64,000 bases of DNA from Bdellovibrionales bacterium (GCA_041690295.1 JAWLHR010000003.1:1-64000), one strand, 5' to 3'; positions 10,542-20,987 are shown, numbered from the stretch's first letter. Translations and numbers: made by a program. Notes: a model not told the origin generated them from the letters alone.

Positions 10542-11522
10542 CTAAAACTTTTTTTCCTTTTTCATCAGATCTTGGATACTCATGCCCACTTCAGAATGCC
10601 CGTCAAAGGCCGTCCCCAGCTTCCCCTTTTCCAAGTGTTCACGAGCGGCGGCATAACCTTCGGGGGGAAGCGGTACATACTTCACCTCAGGTACCAGGGT
10701 GGGAGCGTTTTGCAAATAAAACTCGACAAATTCCTTAACCTCAGCCCGTTGAATCGATTTTTCGCTGATATAAAGAAAAAGGGGCCGGGAAAGCGGTGAG
10801 TAGGAACCATCTTCCACGGTTTGGCGCGACGGCAGCACCGGCTTGTTCTTAGGCGAAATCACGGGGATCGCTTTGAGGCTTTTGCTGTTCGTTTCAAAGT
10901 AAGCGAACGGTAAATAGCCGATCGCGTTTTTATCACTGGAAATGCCTTTAACCAGCACATTGTCATCCTCACTGGCGCTGTAATCTCCGCGGCTGGATTT
11001 GGATTTTCCGACCACGGCCTCCGTGAAGTAGTCAAATGTCCCTGAATCAGCTCCCGCGCCATAAAGCTTAAGCGGCTGGTCCGGCCACGCGGGATTCACA
11101 TCTTTCCACTTCATGACCTTTTTTTCCGCGGCTGGCTCCCACATCTTTTTGAGCTCGGCGACCGTGATTTGTTTAAGGAAATCGTTTTCCGGGCTGACCA
11201 CAATGACCGTGGCGTCGAACGCGATGGGAAGTTCAAAGAACTTGATCCCCGCCTTTTTGCAATTTTCAATTTCGGATTTTTGAATGGGCCGGGACGCACT
11301 TTGAACGTCTATTTCGCCACGGCAAAACTTTTTAAAGCCGCCGCCGGTGCCCGATATTCCCACCGTCACCCGGATCTTGCCGCGCTTACTATTTTGAAAT
11401 TCTTCAGAGACGGCTTCAGTGATTGGGAAAACGGTGCTGGATCCATCGACTCTGACAACTTGGACTTTCGCTAGCGCGGGAAGGCCCAAAGCCAGTGCGA
11501 ACAACAAGAATACCGAGCGCAT
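10542..11522 (-). CDS. pstS: Phosphate ABC transporter substrate-binding protein
   Basis: [30 protein letters not shown]. Confidence 0.95.
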   Translation of the reverse strand: MRSVFLLFALALGLPALAKVQVVRVDGSSTVFPITEAVSEEFQNSKRGKIRVTVGISGTGGGFKKFCRGEIDVQSASRPIQKSEIENCKKAGIKFFELPIAFDATVIVVSPENDFLKQITVAELKKMWEPAAEKKVMKWKDVNPAWPDQPLKLYGAGADSGTFDYFTEAVVGKSKSSRGDYSASEDDNVLVKGISSDKNAIGYLPFAYFETNSKSLKAIPVISPKNKPVLPSRQTVEDGSYSPLSRPLFLYISEKSIQRAEVKEFVEFYLQNAPTLVPEVKYVPLPPEGYAAAREHLEKGKLGTAFDGHSEVGMSIQDLMKKEKKF

Positions 11523-11579
11523 TCAGACTCCTGAATTATTGATCTGATGCGCAATATAACCAATGCCCCTTTTTTTTGC

Positions 11580-11610
11580 ATGTTAAGGAAAGGTTAAGAC
11601 TTCGATTAAG
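11580..11610 (-). promoter_or_regulatory. Pho-box-like tandem direct repeat upstream of pstS
   Basis: Minus strand CTTAAC repeated with 11-bp period (11582-11587, 11593-11598), plus a weaker third copy. Confidence 0.55.
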
Positions 11611-12658
11611 GGGACACTGAATCAATAATATTTTTCAAAGCCTGCTTATTTTTTACACCGTGAAACTCAATCTGCACCCGCCGGTTCTTTTGCATCGCCA
11701 CGGGCGTGTCGAATTGGCTGAGCAGATCCATCTTACCCCTTCCATAAGCTTCTAGCCGTTTGGCGCTCAACCCGGCGGAGGCCAGGATGTTCAACACCGC
11801 ATAGGCTCGTCTGTGGGAAAGGCGGAGGTTGTACTCATCCGTTCCCCGTTGATCGGTGTGACCGATGATCGCAATGCGATCGAAGAGATGGCGATTTTCC
11901 GCGATCACGCGGGCCAAGCGGCGCAGATACCTCTCGGATGAGGGGATCAGACGCGTGGAATCGGTTTCAAAGTGAACCGGACCGGGGTCAGTGAACTCGA
12001 ACGTTTGAATGGCCCGTTTGGCGAGATGAGGCGCCACCGGTTTGGGTGCGGGAGCCTTGGCGATCGGTCTCGAATGATTGCCAAAACTCACCTGGATTTC
12101 CGCCATGAACGTGTCCAGCGTTTCTCCGCTGATGCCCACGTCGGTCATGACTCTTCCGCCGGCCCGAACCAGGTAGTTATCGGAAACTATGAATTCTTTG
12201 AGAGCTTGAAGCCCGATAAAGGAAGCCAGATTGTTGGTGTTCGAGCGGTAACGATCGGGGTTATCCACCAAGGTGTTCCAGATGGCCCCGAACTGCCAGC
12301 GATTGGCGAATTTATAACGGGCGGCGACTTCCGTGTACAACGATTGGATGGAATCGGAGTCTTTACCCCTTTGTGTGAGGACATGATTGTGAAGACCAAT
12401 CCCGGCGTCCGCCACCCACGGCGCCTCATCGAAGTTGTAACTTCCAATCACCTTCACATGCGATGTCACCCCGCCGGTTCGCACGCGGTCATTGTGATCC
12501 ATTGCACCCAAACTCAGGCCAAGGAGCGGCCACAATCCCTGAGGTTTGCTGAGATCGCCCCGTTGAATTTCAGGTTTAAAGGAGATCACCTGGCTTTCGG
12601 CCGTCCAGCCAGAAAGCAATATGATTATGGCCAATACTAAACACGATCTTGGATTCAT
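11606..12658 (-). CDS. OmpA family outer membrane protein (beta-barrel + OmpA C-terminal domain)
   Basis: Start reassigned to MNPRS after GAAGGGGG RBS; GHTDQRGTDEYNLRLSHRRA and NRRVQI. Confidence 0.88.
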   Translation of the reverse strand: MNPRSCLVLAIIILLSGWTAESQVISFKPEIQRGDLSKPQGLWPLLGLSLGAMDHNDRVRTGGVTSHVKVIGSYNFDEAPWVADAGIGLHNHVLTQRGKDSDSIQSLYTEVAARYKFANRWQFGAIWNTLVDNPDRYRSNTNNLASFIGLQALKEFIVSDNYLVRAGGRVMTDVGISGETLDTFMAEIQVSFGNHSRPIAKAPAPKPVAPHLAKRAIQTFEFTDPGPVHFETDSTRLIPSSERYLRRLARVIAENRHLFDRIAIIGHTDQRGTDEYNLRLSHRRAYAVLNILASAGLSAKRLEAYGRGKMDLLSQFDTPVAMQKNRRVQIEFHGVKNKQALKNIIDSVSP

Positions 12659-12733
12659 CGTGACCCCCTTCGCCCCGTAAGGATCCGTTTTATATTGATG
12701 ACCAAGTCTTGGGCAAGGTCTTATAATTTGCAA

Positions 12734-13867
12734 ATGAATAAGAAAATTCGTGTGGGATTGATTTTTGGCGGCCGTTCGGGAGAGCACGAAGTGAGCCTCG
12801 CGTCGGCGGTTTCGGTTTACAAAGCTCTCGACAAATCGCGATACGATGTCACTTTGATCGCCATAGACAAAAGCGGACGATGGTTGCTTCCCGATATCAC
12901 ACCGCTGCTCGCCCAATCGGATAATCCCATGTTGGTGAAGCTCAACAAATCCGCGGAGGGCTATAGCTTAGTCCCTTATCCGAGCTCCAAACAATTGGTG
13001 CCTGTCGACACGGTCTCTTCGCCGTCACCACAAGTGGATGTGATGCTGCCCATCCTTCACGGAACCTACGGCGAGGATGGAACGATCCAAGGATTGCTTG
13101 AACTCGCGCAGATCCCTTATGTCGGCTCAGGTGTTTTGGGTTCGGCGATCGGAATGGATAAAGACGTCACGCAAAGGCTCCTCGCGCAGGCGGGAATTCC
13201 CACGGTCCCCACGATTTGCCTGCGTAAATCGGATTGGGTGCAAAATCCGCAAGCCGTGGAAAAAACCATTCTTCAGTCTTTTGCGTTTCCGTTTTTCATT
13301 AAACCGGCCAATGCCGGCTCTTCCGTTGGCGTGCACAAGGTTAAAGAGGCAAACCACCTGCGTGGCGCGCTTGAAGACGCCTTCTCCTTCGATTTGAAGG
13401 TGCTGGTGCAAAAAGGGATTAATGCGCGGGAATTGGAAGTGTCCGTTCTCGGCAATCAAAATCCAAAAGCCAGTATCGTGGGTGAGATCGCCCCTAAACA
13501 CGAATTTTACAGCTATGAAGCCAAGTACATCGATGAAAACGGGGCGGAACTGATCATCCCCGCGAAAATCGACGACGATGTGGCGGAAAAAATCCGAGCT
13601 TGGGCGGTCACCGCTTTTCAGACCTTGGAATTGCGCGGTCTCGCTAGGGTGGATTTCTTTTTAGACCGGGATACCGGTGAAGTTTTCTTGAACGAAGTGA
13701 ACACGATCCCCGGCTTCACCAAGATCAGTATGTACCCCAAGCTGTGGGAAGCCACAGGCCTGGGCTATAGCGAGCTCCTTGATGAACTGATCCGGCACGC
13801 GATGGAGCACCACCAGGAACGTCTCTCTCTTAAGACCGATTACGACGTCAAAGACTTCAAGAAATAA
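12734..13867 (+). CDS. ddl: D-alanine--D-alanine ligase
   Basis: FGGRSGEHEVS, LHGTYGEDGTIQG, EVNTIPGFT..SMYP. Confidence 0.97.
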   Translation: MNKKIRVGLIFGGRSGEHEVSLASAVSVYKALDKSRYDVTLIAIDKSGRWLLPDITPLLAQSDNPMLVKLNKSAEGYSLVPYPSSKQLVPVDTVSSPSPQVDVMLPILHGTYGEDGTIQGLLELAQIPYVGSGVLGSAIGMDKDVTQRLLAQAGIPTVPTICLRKSDWVQNPQAVEKTILQSFAFPFFIKPANAGSSVGVHKVKEANHLRGALEDAFSFDLKVLVQKGINARELEVSVLGNQNPKASIVGEIAPKHEFYSYEAKYIDENGAELIIPAKIDDDVAEKIRAWAVTAFQTLELRGLARVDFFLDRDTGEVFLNEVNTIPGFTKISMYPKLWEATGLGYSELLDELIRHAMEHHQERLSLKTDYDVKDFKK

Positions 13868-13914
13868 ACTGTCTGTTGTTTAGCGTCTCAATTTAGGATT
13901 TTGACACTTCAGCC

Positions 13915-13942
13915 TAAAGTCCAGGTCTATGTGGACCGATGA
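13915..13942 (+). promoter_or_regulatory. Possible sigma28 (FliA) promoter
   Basis: TAAA-N16-ACCGATGA upstream of the 13981 gene. Confidence 0.4.
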
Positions 13943-13980
13943 ACTAATCAGCTGTGCGTAAAATGCTGAGGAGCGTTTAA

Positions 13981-14283
13981 ATGTCCCAATACGATACATA
14001 CGTCCTATACGATTTTCTTTTCCATACGCCCGAGTCTGGGCTCCGGAAAATGCTCATAGACAGAAACCGAATCACCGACGTGCATTGCAATCTTCTTTTT
14101 AAAATTGTGAAGAACTGCACTCCGGAACAATTCGGCGAGCATTTCGATAATCAGACCTTCCCGAAGATCCGGACCAGCCCGGCGGAAGACAAGGTGAAAG
14201 AGAAATTCTGGGAAAATGTAACCGCGGTACTCGCGGAACGGGGCGTGTTGCAACCGGCACAAGCCCAGAAGGCGGCAGCGTAA
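13981..14283 (+). CDS. Hypothetical protein
   Basis: 100-aa ORF with GAGGAG RBS. Confidence 0.75.
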   Translation: MSQYDTYVLYDFLFHTPESGLRKMLIDRNRITDVHCNLLFKIVKNCTPEQFGEHFDNQTFPKIRTSPAEDKVKEKFWENVTAVLAERGVLQPAQAQKAAA

Positions 14284-14284
14284 C

Positions 14285-14395
14285 ATGCGTAAAATCATTT
14301 TCCTCGCCTTCATAATCTTTTTGTTTGGTGGCCGCGCGATCGCTTATGACTTCCTGATTGCGCCCGTAACCCAACAAGAAGAAGCCAGACCTTAA
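14285..14395 (+). CDS. Small ORF (36 aa) with signal peptide; may be a truncated gene
   Basis: MRKIIFLAFIIFLFGGRAIA-YDFLIAPVTQQEEARP*, starts 1 nt after the upstream stop. Confidence 0.4.
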   Translation: MRKIIFLAFIIFLFGGRAIAYDFLIAPVTQQEEARP

Positions 14396-14428
14396 GTCGG
14401 TTGATCCTGCCGTCGAACCTGCCACACT

Positions 14429-15544
14429 GTGAACATGCGCCTATGTTTCGTGGTCGGTACGGCGGCTGAACTCATAAAAATCTATCCACTCACGGTGGAA
14501 GCCGACGAGCGCGGCTTCCAATGGTGGATCCTCTCTTCGGGACAAAGCCCGGTCAATCTCATCAAACAATACGAAGACTTTAAGCTCCCGCCCGATCGAT
14601 TGATTCGTTGTACACGGACTTCCAAAGACTTATCCACATCCTCACAAGCGTTTGGTTGGTTTGTTAAAGCTTGGCTGGCCCGTCCCCGTAAATTTGTTCC
14701 AGCGGAAGCCAACACCATGATCGTGCATGGAGACACACTTTCCACTGTCATCGGCGCGATCTGGGGACGACGCCTTCACCTGCCCATCGTGCACGTGGAA
14801 GCCGGTCTGCGCTCAGGCAAACTCTTTTCGCCGTTCCCTGAGGAGATCAACCGCCGGTGGGTGTCCCGATTGGCGTCGATTCATATGGCTCAGGACGATT
14901 CCGCGGCGGAAAATTTGCGCCGGTTAGGCTACGAACAAAGTGTCTTTTCAACCGGGGGAAACACCCTCGCGGATTCCGTTCGTTTGGTTCTGCAGAAACA
15001 CCCGCTGGGAGAAGCGGCGGAGCCCTACGTGGTCGCCAACCTTCACCGATATGAAAACTTGAACAGCCGGAGTCGCTGGCGCTTCATTCTCGAAACTCTT
15101 TTGAAGGTGGCGCAAAATCGAAAAGTGTATTTCGTCATGCATCCTCAGACCCAGCATAAGCTTTCAAAAGAGCCGCTCCTTCGCGAAAAACTCCGCTCCG
15201 CTGGAATTGTGTTGGAGCCTCGGATGACCTTCACTCAGTTCATTCGGTTGCTGGCTCAAGCGGAATATGTGGTTTCGGATGGTGGGTCCAATCAGGAAGA
15301 ATGCCACTACTTAGGCGTTCCCTGCCTGCTCTTACGCGACACCACCGAGCGCACTGAAGGACTTCATTCCAATTGCGTATTGTCGCGCTTCGATACCGAG
15401 TTGGTGGATGAATTCATCGCCGATCCCAATCGCTGGCGCCGACAGCCGGCCACCCCGTCATGGAGCCCCAGCGGGTTGATTCTGGACTCGTTGACCCGCA
15501 CACTGACAAGCTCACCCGCCGAACTGGTCACAGGCGCGGTGTAG
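14429..15544 (+). CDS. UDP-N-acetylglucosamine 2-epimerase family protein (WecB-like)
   Basis: GTAAELIK, VHGDTLS, HVEAGLRS, PFPEEINR, SDGGSNQEE. Confidence 0.88.
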   Translation: MNMRLCFVVGTAAELIKIYPLTVEADERGFQWWILSSGQSPVNLIKQYEDFKLPPDRLIRCTRTSKDLSTSSQAFGWFVKAWLARPRKFVPAEANTMIVHGDTLSTVIGAIWGRRLHLPIVHVEAGLRSGKLFSPFPEEINRRWVSRLASIHMAQDDSAAENLRRLGYEQSVFSTGGNTLADSVRLVLQKHPLGEAAEPYVVANLHRYENLNSRSRWRFILETLLKVAQNRKVYFVMHPQTQHKLSKEPLLREKLRSAGIVLEPRMTFTQFIRLLAQAEYVVSDGGSNQEECHYLGVPCLLLRDTTERTEGLHSNCVLSRFDTELVDEFIADPNRWRRQPATPSWSPSGLILDSLTRTLTSSPAELVTGAV

Positions 15545-15596
15545 GACCTTCGTATGGCTGAATGATTTCGCCGAATCCGCCGATAAATGATTCGTT

Positions 15597-16400
15597 GTGA
15601 AGCGTTGGTTGAAGGATCTCCATAAGTCCAGATTGAGTATTGTCGTGCCCGTTTTTAACGAGGCTCCGAATTTACTTTCCAATTTGGACCTGCTGCTCGA
15701 CGAAGTGGAAAATTACTTCTCGAATTTCGAAGTGATTGTCGTTAGCGACGGCAGCACCGATGAGACGAATTTGCAGCTCCGCTCGTTTAAACACCCTGAT
15801 GTAAGGCCCATCTTCATTGAAAAAAACGAAGGCAAGGGTCACGCCGTGCGAGCCGGCTTCACAGCGGCTAGCGGGGATTACATTTTGTTTATCGACGGTG
15901 GCATGGAAATTCATCCTAAAGAGATTCGAATATTCATGGGCCTTATGGCGCTCTATGAATCCGATATGGTCATCGGTTCCAAACGTCATCCACAATCGCG
16001 TGTGAAATACCCTTGGTACCGGAGATTCTTAAGTTGGATTTTCCAATTACTCGTGCGAAGACTTTTTCAGGTAGATGTTACGGACACACAAGTTGGAATC
16101 AAATTATTTCGCCGGGAAGTTATTGAAGAAATTCTTCCCCATTTAGAGATCAATCGCTATGGCTTTGATTTGGAAATCCTGTCACTGGCGAAGGTTTTTG
16201 GATATGGACGAGTCCTTGAAGCTCCCATACGGCTGGATTACTTTTTAAAGAATAAGCGATCGGTCTTTAAAGAAGCCGCGCATATTTTTCATGTCGGCAC
16301 ATCACTTCTAAAAGACACGCTGATATTATATCGCCGGGTCAAAAACCTACGCCGTCAGAAACCAGAACAGCGAAGGCTTTTAAACAAGAAAGCCAGCTGA
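15597..16400 (+). CDS. GT2 glycosyltransferase (polyprenol-phosphate sugar synthase-like)
   Basis: SIVVPVFNE, VSDGSTD, GKGHAVRAG, DTQVGIKLF, FDLEIL. Confidence 0.9.
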   Translation: MKRWLKDLHKSRLSIVVPVFNEAPNLLSNLDLLLDEVENYFSNFEVIVVSDGSTDETNLQLRSFKHPDVRPIFIEKNEGKGHAVRAGFTAASGDYILFIDGGMEIHPKEIRIFMGLMALYESDMVIGSKRHPQSRVKYPWYRRFLSWIFQLLVRRLFQVDVTDTQVGIKLFRREVIEEILPHLEINRYGFDLEILSLAKVFGYGRVLEAPIRLDYFLKNKRSVFKEAAHIFHVGTSLLKDTLILYRRVKNLRRQKPEQRRLLNKKAS

Positions 16401-16404
16401 TTTT

Positions 16405-18168
16405 TTAAAGACATTTCTCAAGAGAATTTAAAACCGGATGATTCCTCGTCGGTGATACGCAGACCTCACCTGACAATGTCCATCCGAGGTTCCGGCAAAT
16501 ATCCAATGCCCAATTGATGGGAACCTGTGGATGAAAGACGATCCAATTCAGAGGCATACATCGAGCGAGCCGCTCAAGATCGATCGCCACCGCCGGCTGA
16601 GCATTCAGGAGCGAAACAAACCGCGCATTGGGTGGAAACCTACGAATTAAACTTTGCACTTTCTGTGAATCCGACATCTGATTAAGTATTACGCAATCAC
16701 TTCCTCGCATGCGTTGGAGAAGTTCGTAATGTTCCTGAGCGCTTGTCCATGGGTTTATGAAAGGAAAGAAGAGACCTGGTCCGCAACGGCCGTGCTCCCG
16801 ATGGAGTTCAGCGTAAGCCGGATGTACTGGAGCCATCGGCATGCCTTGCAACGGAAAATAGTCAATCAGTACGAGCGCGGCAAAGACCCAAGGAATCCAC
16901 CGCTTTTTCCACACACCTGATTTGGCCAGAAAGAATCCAACTGTCATTAAAAAAGCAAAGTGAACGTTAATTCCCGCGCGTGCGGGAACACGGACTCGAG
17001 GGACCAAAGAATATAACCAATAAGACGGGCTAAGTTCGGGGATGGGTGCGTAGGGCCCCAAAGACATCCAAAACGTAAACCCGGCGAAAAGAAGAAAGAA
17101 CAAAAGATTCCGCCGTAATCCCAGCTCGCCGAAGATTCGGCCACTCAACAGCATGATCATTATTAGAACGACCACAACAAGTATCGTCCAACGAATCCCA
17201 TTGGTCCGTTCGTGGGAATTACTTCTTTCGAGATTATTCAAGATGTAATCGTTAACCCACTGGCGAGCCGGATTCAGATCGCCCTCTTGACCAAGGCTGA
17301 TATCTCCACCCAAATAATCGATCGCGTAGGCACGATAAACTTCCATGAAGGGCGAAAGTTTAGACCCGTCACCCGTCCATTCCTGATGAGTCGCTTGCTC
17401 CGGGCCGATCTTCGCGTCAGGGGGCAAAGCCATCCATCGGCTATAACCGAGCAAACAAAGCGCGGGCAAAACGGCCACAACTAAACGAACGCTTGTTCTT
17501 AATTTTTGGCGCCAAAACTCGGGTTGAATGATCGCGAACACCAAGAAAAAACCGCTCAGAAAGATCATAGTCACCAAGTAGTAGTGCGCGGCCGTCGACG
17601 CCAAAAGGAAGCAAGCCATCGCCCCGATCAAAGATCGCCACGATTTCCCGCGCAAAACCAGAAAAAGCCCGAGAAAAATGAGTGGCAGATGATAAATTCC
17701 GGAAAGCGATGGATGAACTTTCGCGCGAGCTCGAACATAGGCATTAAACGCCCAAGCAAACCCTAATGATCCCGAAAGTAAGATCGGCCAGCGCAAGTAT
17801 CGGCCAAGCCAAAACATGGCCAAGCCATTGAGAATAATCAGCACAAATGAAACCACAGTTGAAATCTGTTCCACGGGAGTGAAGTAGGATGTGAACACCG
17901 CGATCATTTTCTCCAGCCACGAAAACCACATGACGACCCCACGGTCGCCATCCGCATCGCTCAAGTAAAGCGTTCCATAAAACAGAAGTTCCGGTTTTGA
18001 ACGCCAGGTTTGAATGAGTTGATCGTAAAGGTAGGGCATTGCAGTGATATCAGTGCCATCGCTAAGAACTTGATCCGTTTGTCCTCGAATCATAGCGAGA
18101 CTGCCGGGATAGAGATAGATAAGCCCCGAACAGACTAAGCAAACAAGCATGGCAAGTGTCGATCGCAT
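16405..18168 (-). CDS. Polytopic membrane protein, probable GT-C/YfhO-like glycosyltransferase
   Basis: Many TM segments, acidic SDGTD motif after first TM, RVPARAG motif, soluble C-terminal domain; glycosylation context. Confidence 0.55.
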   Translation of the reverse strand: MRSTLAMLVCLVCSGLIYLYPGSLAMIRGQTDQVLSDGTDITAMPYLYDQLIQTWRSKPELLFYGTLYLSDADGDRGVVMWFSWLEKMIAVFTSYFTPVEQISTVVSFVLIILNGLAMFWLGRYLRWPILLSGSLGFAWAFNAYVRARAKVHPSLSGIYHLPLIFLGLFLVLRGKSWRSLIGAMACFLLASTAAHYYLVTMIFLSGFFLVFAIIQPEFWRQKLRTSVRLVVAVLPALCLLGYSRWMALPPDAKIGPEQATHQEWTGDGSKLSPFMEVYRAYAIDYLGGDISLGQEGDLNPARQWVNDYILNNLERSNSHERTNGIRWTILVVVVLIMIMLLSGRIFGELGLRRNLLFFLLFAGFTFWMSLGPYAPIPELSPSYWLYSLVPRVRVPARAGINVHFAFLMTVGFFLAKSGVWKKRWIPWVFAALVLIDYFPLQGMPMAPVHPAYAELHREHGRCGPGLFFPFINPWTSAQEHYELLQRMRGSDCVILNQMSDSQKVQSLIRRFPPNARFVSLLNAQPAVAIDLERLARCMPLNWIVFHPQVPINWALDICRNLGWTLSGEVCVSPTRNHPVLNSLEKCL

Positions 18169-18261
18169 TTCGACTCGCCCCCAAGATCCCAGGACTTTTA
18201 TCCTGACCCTGATTGATAGGATTATTCACCCGATTATTGACGTGTAGAATTAAAAGGTCAA

Positions 18262-19413
18262 ATGAACCAGCGGGCGATGTCTTCTTCACAAGTTAGATCC
18301 GGAATTCTATTTACAATCGGTAGCATCGGCGCCGGTCTCCTCAACTATCTGTTTCATGTCGTGGCCGCCCGATACTTGGACGCGGCAGCCTTCGCAAAAT
18401 TCAGTGGTTGGTTCGCTAATACGGCAATGCTTTTCGTCTTTGGCGGGATCGCACAGTACTTCGCCAATTTTTGGCCCGTTTCGAAATCTCTTCGTGCAGT
18501 TATCATCTCGGCAAACCTCATTACATTTCTTCTCCTTTTCATTTGGAAGTTCATTTCCTCGGGGCTCACAATAGAGAGCAGCGTTTTGATCGTGCTCGCC
18601 GCCACGATCTTCGGCTGGTTATCAGGGCAATCGCAGATCAGGTGGCTTTACGGGTGCCTGGCGGGCGCGGGTTTATTAGTCGCCTTCACGAAAATTTTGC
18701 TCCTTGTTTTACCGGTCACTAATGCCGCCTCGCTTGATACATATGCATGGGTATTGCTTGTCTCCTATATTCCAGGGCTTTGGCTTTTGAGTGCATTCTT
18801 GTGGAACTCCTCACCAGTTCCAAAAAGCGAGAATCCTCCTTCTCTTATCGCCCCCATTTTTCTCGCCATTGCTGCCGCTGTACTTCCACATTTCGACTTA
18901 GCGATACTCAGTCACACTTTGGATAGCACCGATTTCTCAGAGTTCGCCCGTGCAAGCGTTTTTTTTAAAGCTGTGTTCTATTTGGTGTCGATCCTGGCTC
19001 AGTGGATTCTTCCCTATCAGATCCGAGGACGCAGTTTCAATATCTCGACGTGGTTGCCAGTTCTTATTCTCGGTGGATTCGCATCTTCCGCCGTTCTCGC
19101 TTTTACCGCACCTTTTGTCACATCAATAATTCTTCATTGGCCGACAACCCCTGATTTCAGTTTGCTCCTTCTATCTGGAATGCACGTTTCCATTCTTTCC
19201 ATCTTCCTAATGACTGTCCAAGAGGCATGCGCCCGAGGACAAATTAGGGTTGCCGCTCTAATGTTTGTTATTCTGCTTGCCGAAGCTGCGACACAGTTTC
19301 TACTGAACTTAAAAAGTCTGAACTATCTTTATGCCGTGATCACCGTTAACGGCGCCTTGATCATCTTTATTTGGATTCGACAACTTAAACTAAATTCCAA
19401 GCTTAAACCATGA
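18262..19413 (+). CDS. Wzx/MATE-like flippase
   Basis: GLLNYLFHVVAARYL N-terminus, about 12 TM helices. Confidence 0.6.
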   Translation: MNQRAMSSSQVRSGILFTIGSIGAGLLNYLFHVVAARYLDAAAFAKFSGWFANTAMLFVFGGIAQYFANFWPVSKSLRAVIISANLITFLLLFIWKFISSGLTIESSVLIVLAATIFGWLSGQSQIRWLYGCLAGAGLLVAFTKILLLVLPVTNAASLDTYAWVLLVSYIPGLWLLSAFLWNSSPVPKSENPPSLIAPIFLAIAAAVLPHFDLAILSHTLDSTDFSEFARASVFFKAVFYLVSILAQWILPYQIRGRSFNISTWLPVLILGGFASSAVLAFTAPFVTSIILHWPTTPDFSLLLLSGMHVSILSIFLMTVQEACARGQIRVAALMFVILLAEAATQFLLNLKSLNYLYAVITVNGALIIFIWIRQLKLNSKLKP

Positions 19414-20127
19414 GTATAAAATTTCTCGAGCGCTTGGTGTGGGCCAAAGTCGGCCTTCATTAGATTGTGGTTCGAACTTAAGCTCGCCTCGTTTAAACTT
19501 CGCCAACGCTTCAACCGCCAACTCAGCAGCCAATATCAAGTTGTTGAGCTTTATCCGCGGAAGCGTCCGAAGGCTTTCCATTTTCAATCTTCTCTGCAGG
19601 ACTATGTCACCACCATCCACAGACTCGTTAAGCCGCATGATAGTTGAACCTATTTGGTCTAAATCACCTTCAAGGCGCGCCCAAAACTCAGAGTGCACAT
19701 TTCTATATTTTGGCACGATCCCCGTATGAATATTGAGAAACACGGGACACAGTCTAAGAGTGGTTGGTTCAATAATCGCCGTTCCGAATACAACCACCAC
19801 ATCAAAAGTCTCTTTCTGCAAGAGTTGCCGGACCTCATCGTCATTGACATCGTCGCACCTATAATCGGGTTTAAATCCCGAATGCGAGCCAAGGCGTTTC
19901 TGTAGATACCTTTCGTCAAGGAAGCTCATTAAACCCAAGAACAAAAGGTCGATCACCCTTAAAGGCCATTTCCAGATGGGTGAAGCACCGAAAATTCGTT
20001 TTAACTTTCTTTGTTTGGCTTTGCGACCGGACTCGAAAATACAAATCGGACTGAAGCCATTTTGTCGAATGTGATTTCCAATATATCGTGAGGCGAGAGT
20101 GTCCCTTGCAATATATGCGATCTTCAT
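19390..20127 (-). CDS. Formyltransferase (10-formyl-THF dependent, sugar N-formyltransferase-like)
   Basis: LNIHTGIVPKYRN and NESVDGGDIVLQ motifs. Confidence 0.85.
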   Translation of the reverse strand: MKIAYIARDTLASRYIGNHIRQNGFSPICIFESGRKAKQRKLKRIFGASPIWKWPLRVIDLLFLGLMSFLDERYLQKRLGSHSGFKPDYRCDDVNDDEVRQLLQKETFDVVVVFGTAIIEPTTLRLCPVFLNIHTGIVPKYRNVHSEFWARLEGDLDQIGSTIMRLNESVDGGDIVLQRRLKMESLRTLPRIKLNNLILAAELAVEALAKFKRGELKFEPQSNEGRLWPTPSAREILYSWFKLGI

Positions 20128-20951
20128 TTGCGGGTTAACTCCCCTAAAGGAACGATTTTGAATCCGCGGTCCTGAACGATTTTTATCAGCCGTTCAATCA
20201 ACGGTATTTCAAATACTCCGGCGTAATAAGGGTGATCGTAAGCTATTGCACAACTACCGATGTTTTCCAGGCGCCGGGTAAAATCGGCTAAAATTTCGTC
20301 GTCAGACAGGTTCCGAGCACGCATGTGTTCTAGGAACGCAACGCCACCCGGTTCCCCAACGATATTCGTCGGAATGTTTAATAATCGGTTTCCTTCAGTT
20401 ACAACTTCCGTTTCCTTCTCTCCGTGACGATCCGCCCTGTATTGAAACCCCAAATTCTCAAGAATTGGCACCAGATGAGGAGTATCGGTCCAGCCAGGGC
20501 TGGAAAAGCCCTGAACCTTTATTCCCAGATCGGCCAACCAAGCCAATGAACTTTTGATATCTTGCTCAATCTTCTCACGCGACCACTGATCCGCTCCGTG
20601 ATGCCAAAGATCGTGGTTCGTGCCCCCATGAAGTCCAAGCTCTTGGGATTCAAAAATTCTTTTCACGATTTCGGGCGCTGTAGGCCCAATCTTTGGATTT
20701 ATCAAAGCTGTGTAAAGAAACTGCTTAAATCCCAATTTTTTTCGCGCCGGCAATGAGGCCGCGCAATTTGGAATTGTCTTCTTCTTTCCGAACAGCTGAT
20801 GACGAAGTGAAATACTCCGCCCGACGTGCAAGAAAAACGTGAACTTAATATCGAGCCGCTCCGCCAAATCAATAAGCGGCGGAACACCTTCCATCAGACA
20901 CTTTGGCGTATCGATATCAAATCGAAATGAAAAAGTTTTTGCCGTCGGCAC
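20124..20951 (-). CDS. Polysaccharide deacetylase / ArnD-like deformylase
   Basis: RFDIDT...EGVP, FTFFLHVG, ELGLHG..HDLW, SSPGW parallel ArnD motifs. Confidence 0.75.
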   Translation of the reverse strand: MPTAKTFSFRFDIDTPKCLMEGVPPLIDLAERLDIKFTFFLHVGRSISLRHQLFGKKKTIPNCAASLPARKKLGFKQFLYTALINPKIGPTAPEIVKRIFESQELGLHGGTNHDLWHHGADQWSREKIEQDIKSSLAWLADLGIKVQGFSSPGWTDTPHLVPILENLGFQYRADRHGEKETEVVTEGNRLLNIPTNIVGEPGGVAFLEHMRARNLSDDEILADFTRRLENIGSCAIAYDHPYYAGVFEIPLIERLIKIVQDRGFKIVPLGELTRK

Positions 20952-20987
20952 ACTGCAATTCTAATCCGCTACGGCGAAAAAAATGAA

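Noticed and set aside
12659..12916. N-terminal extension of the OmpA ORF given in the track
   Set aside because: It is antisense to ddl; an internal ATG at 12658 has an RBS and signal peptide
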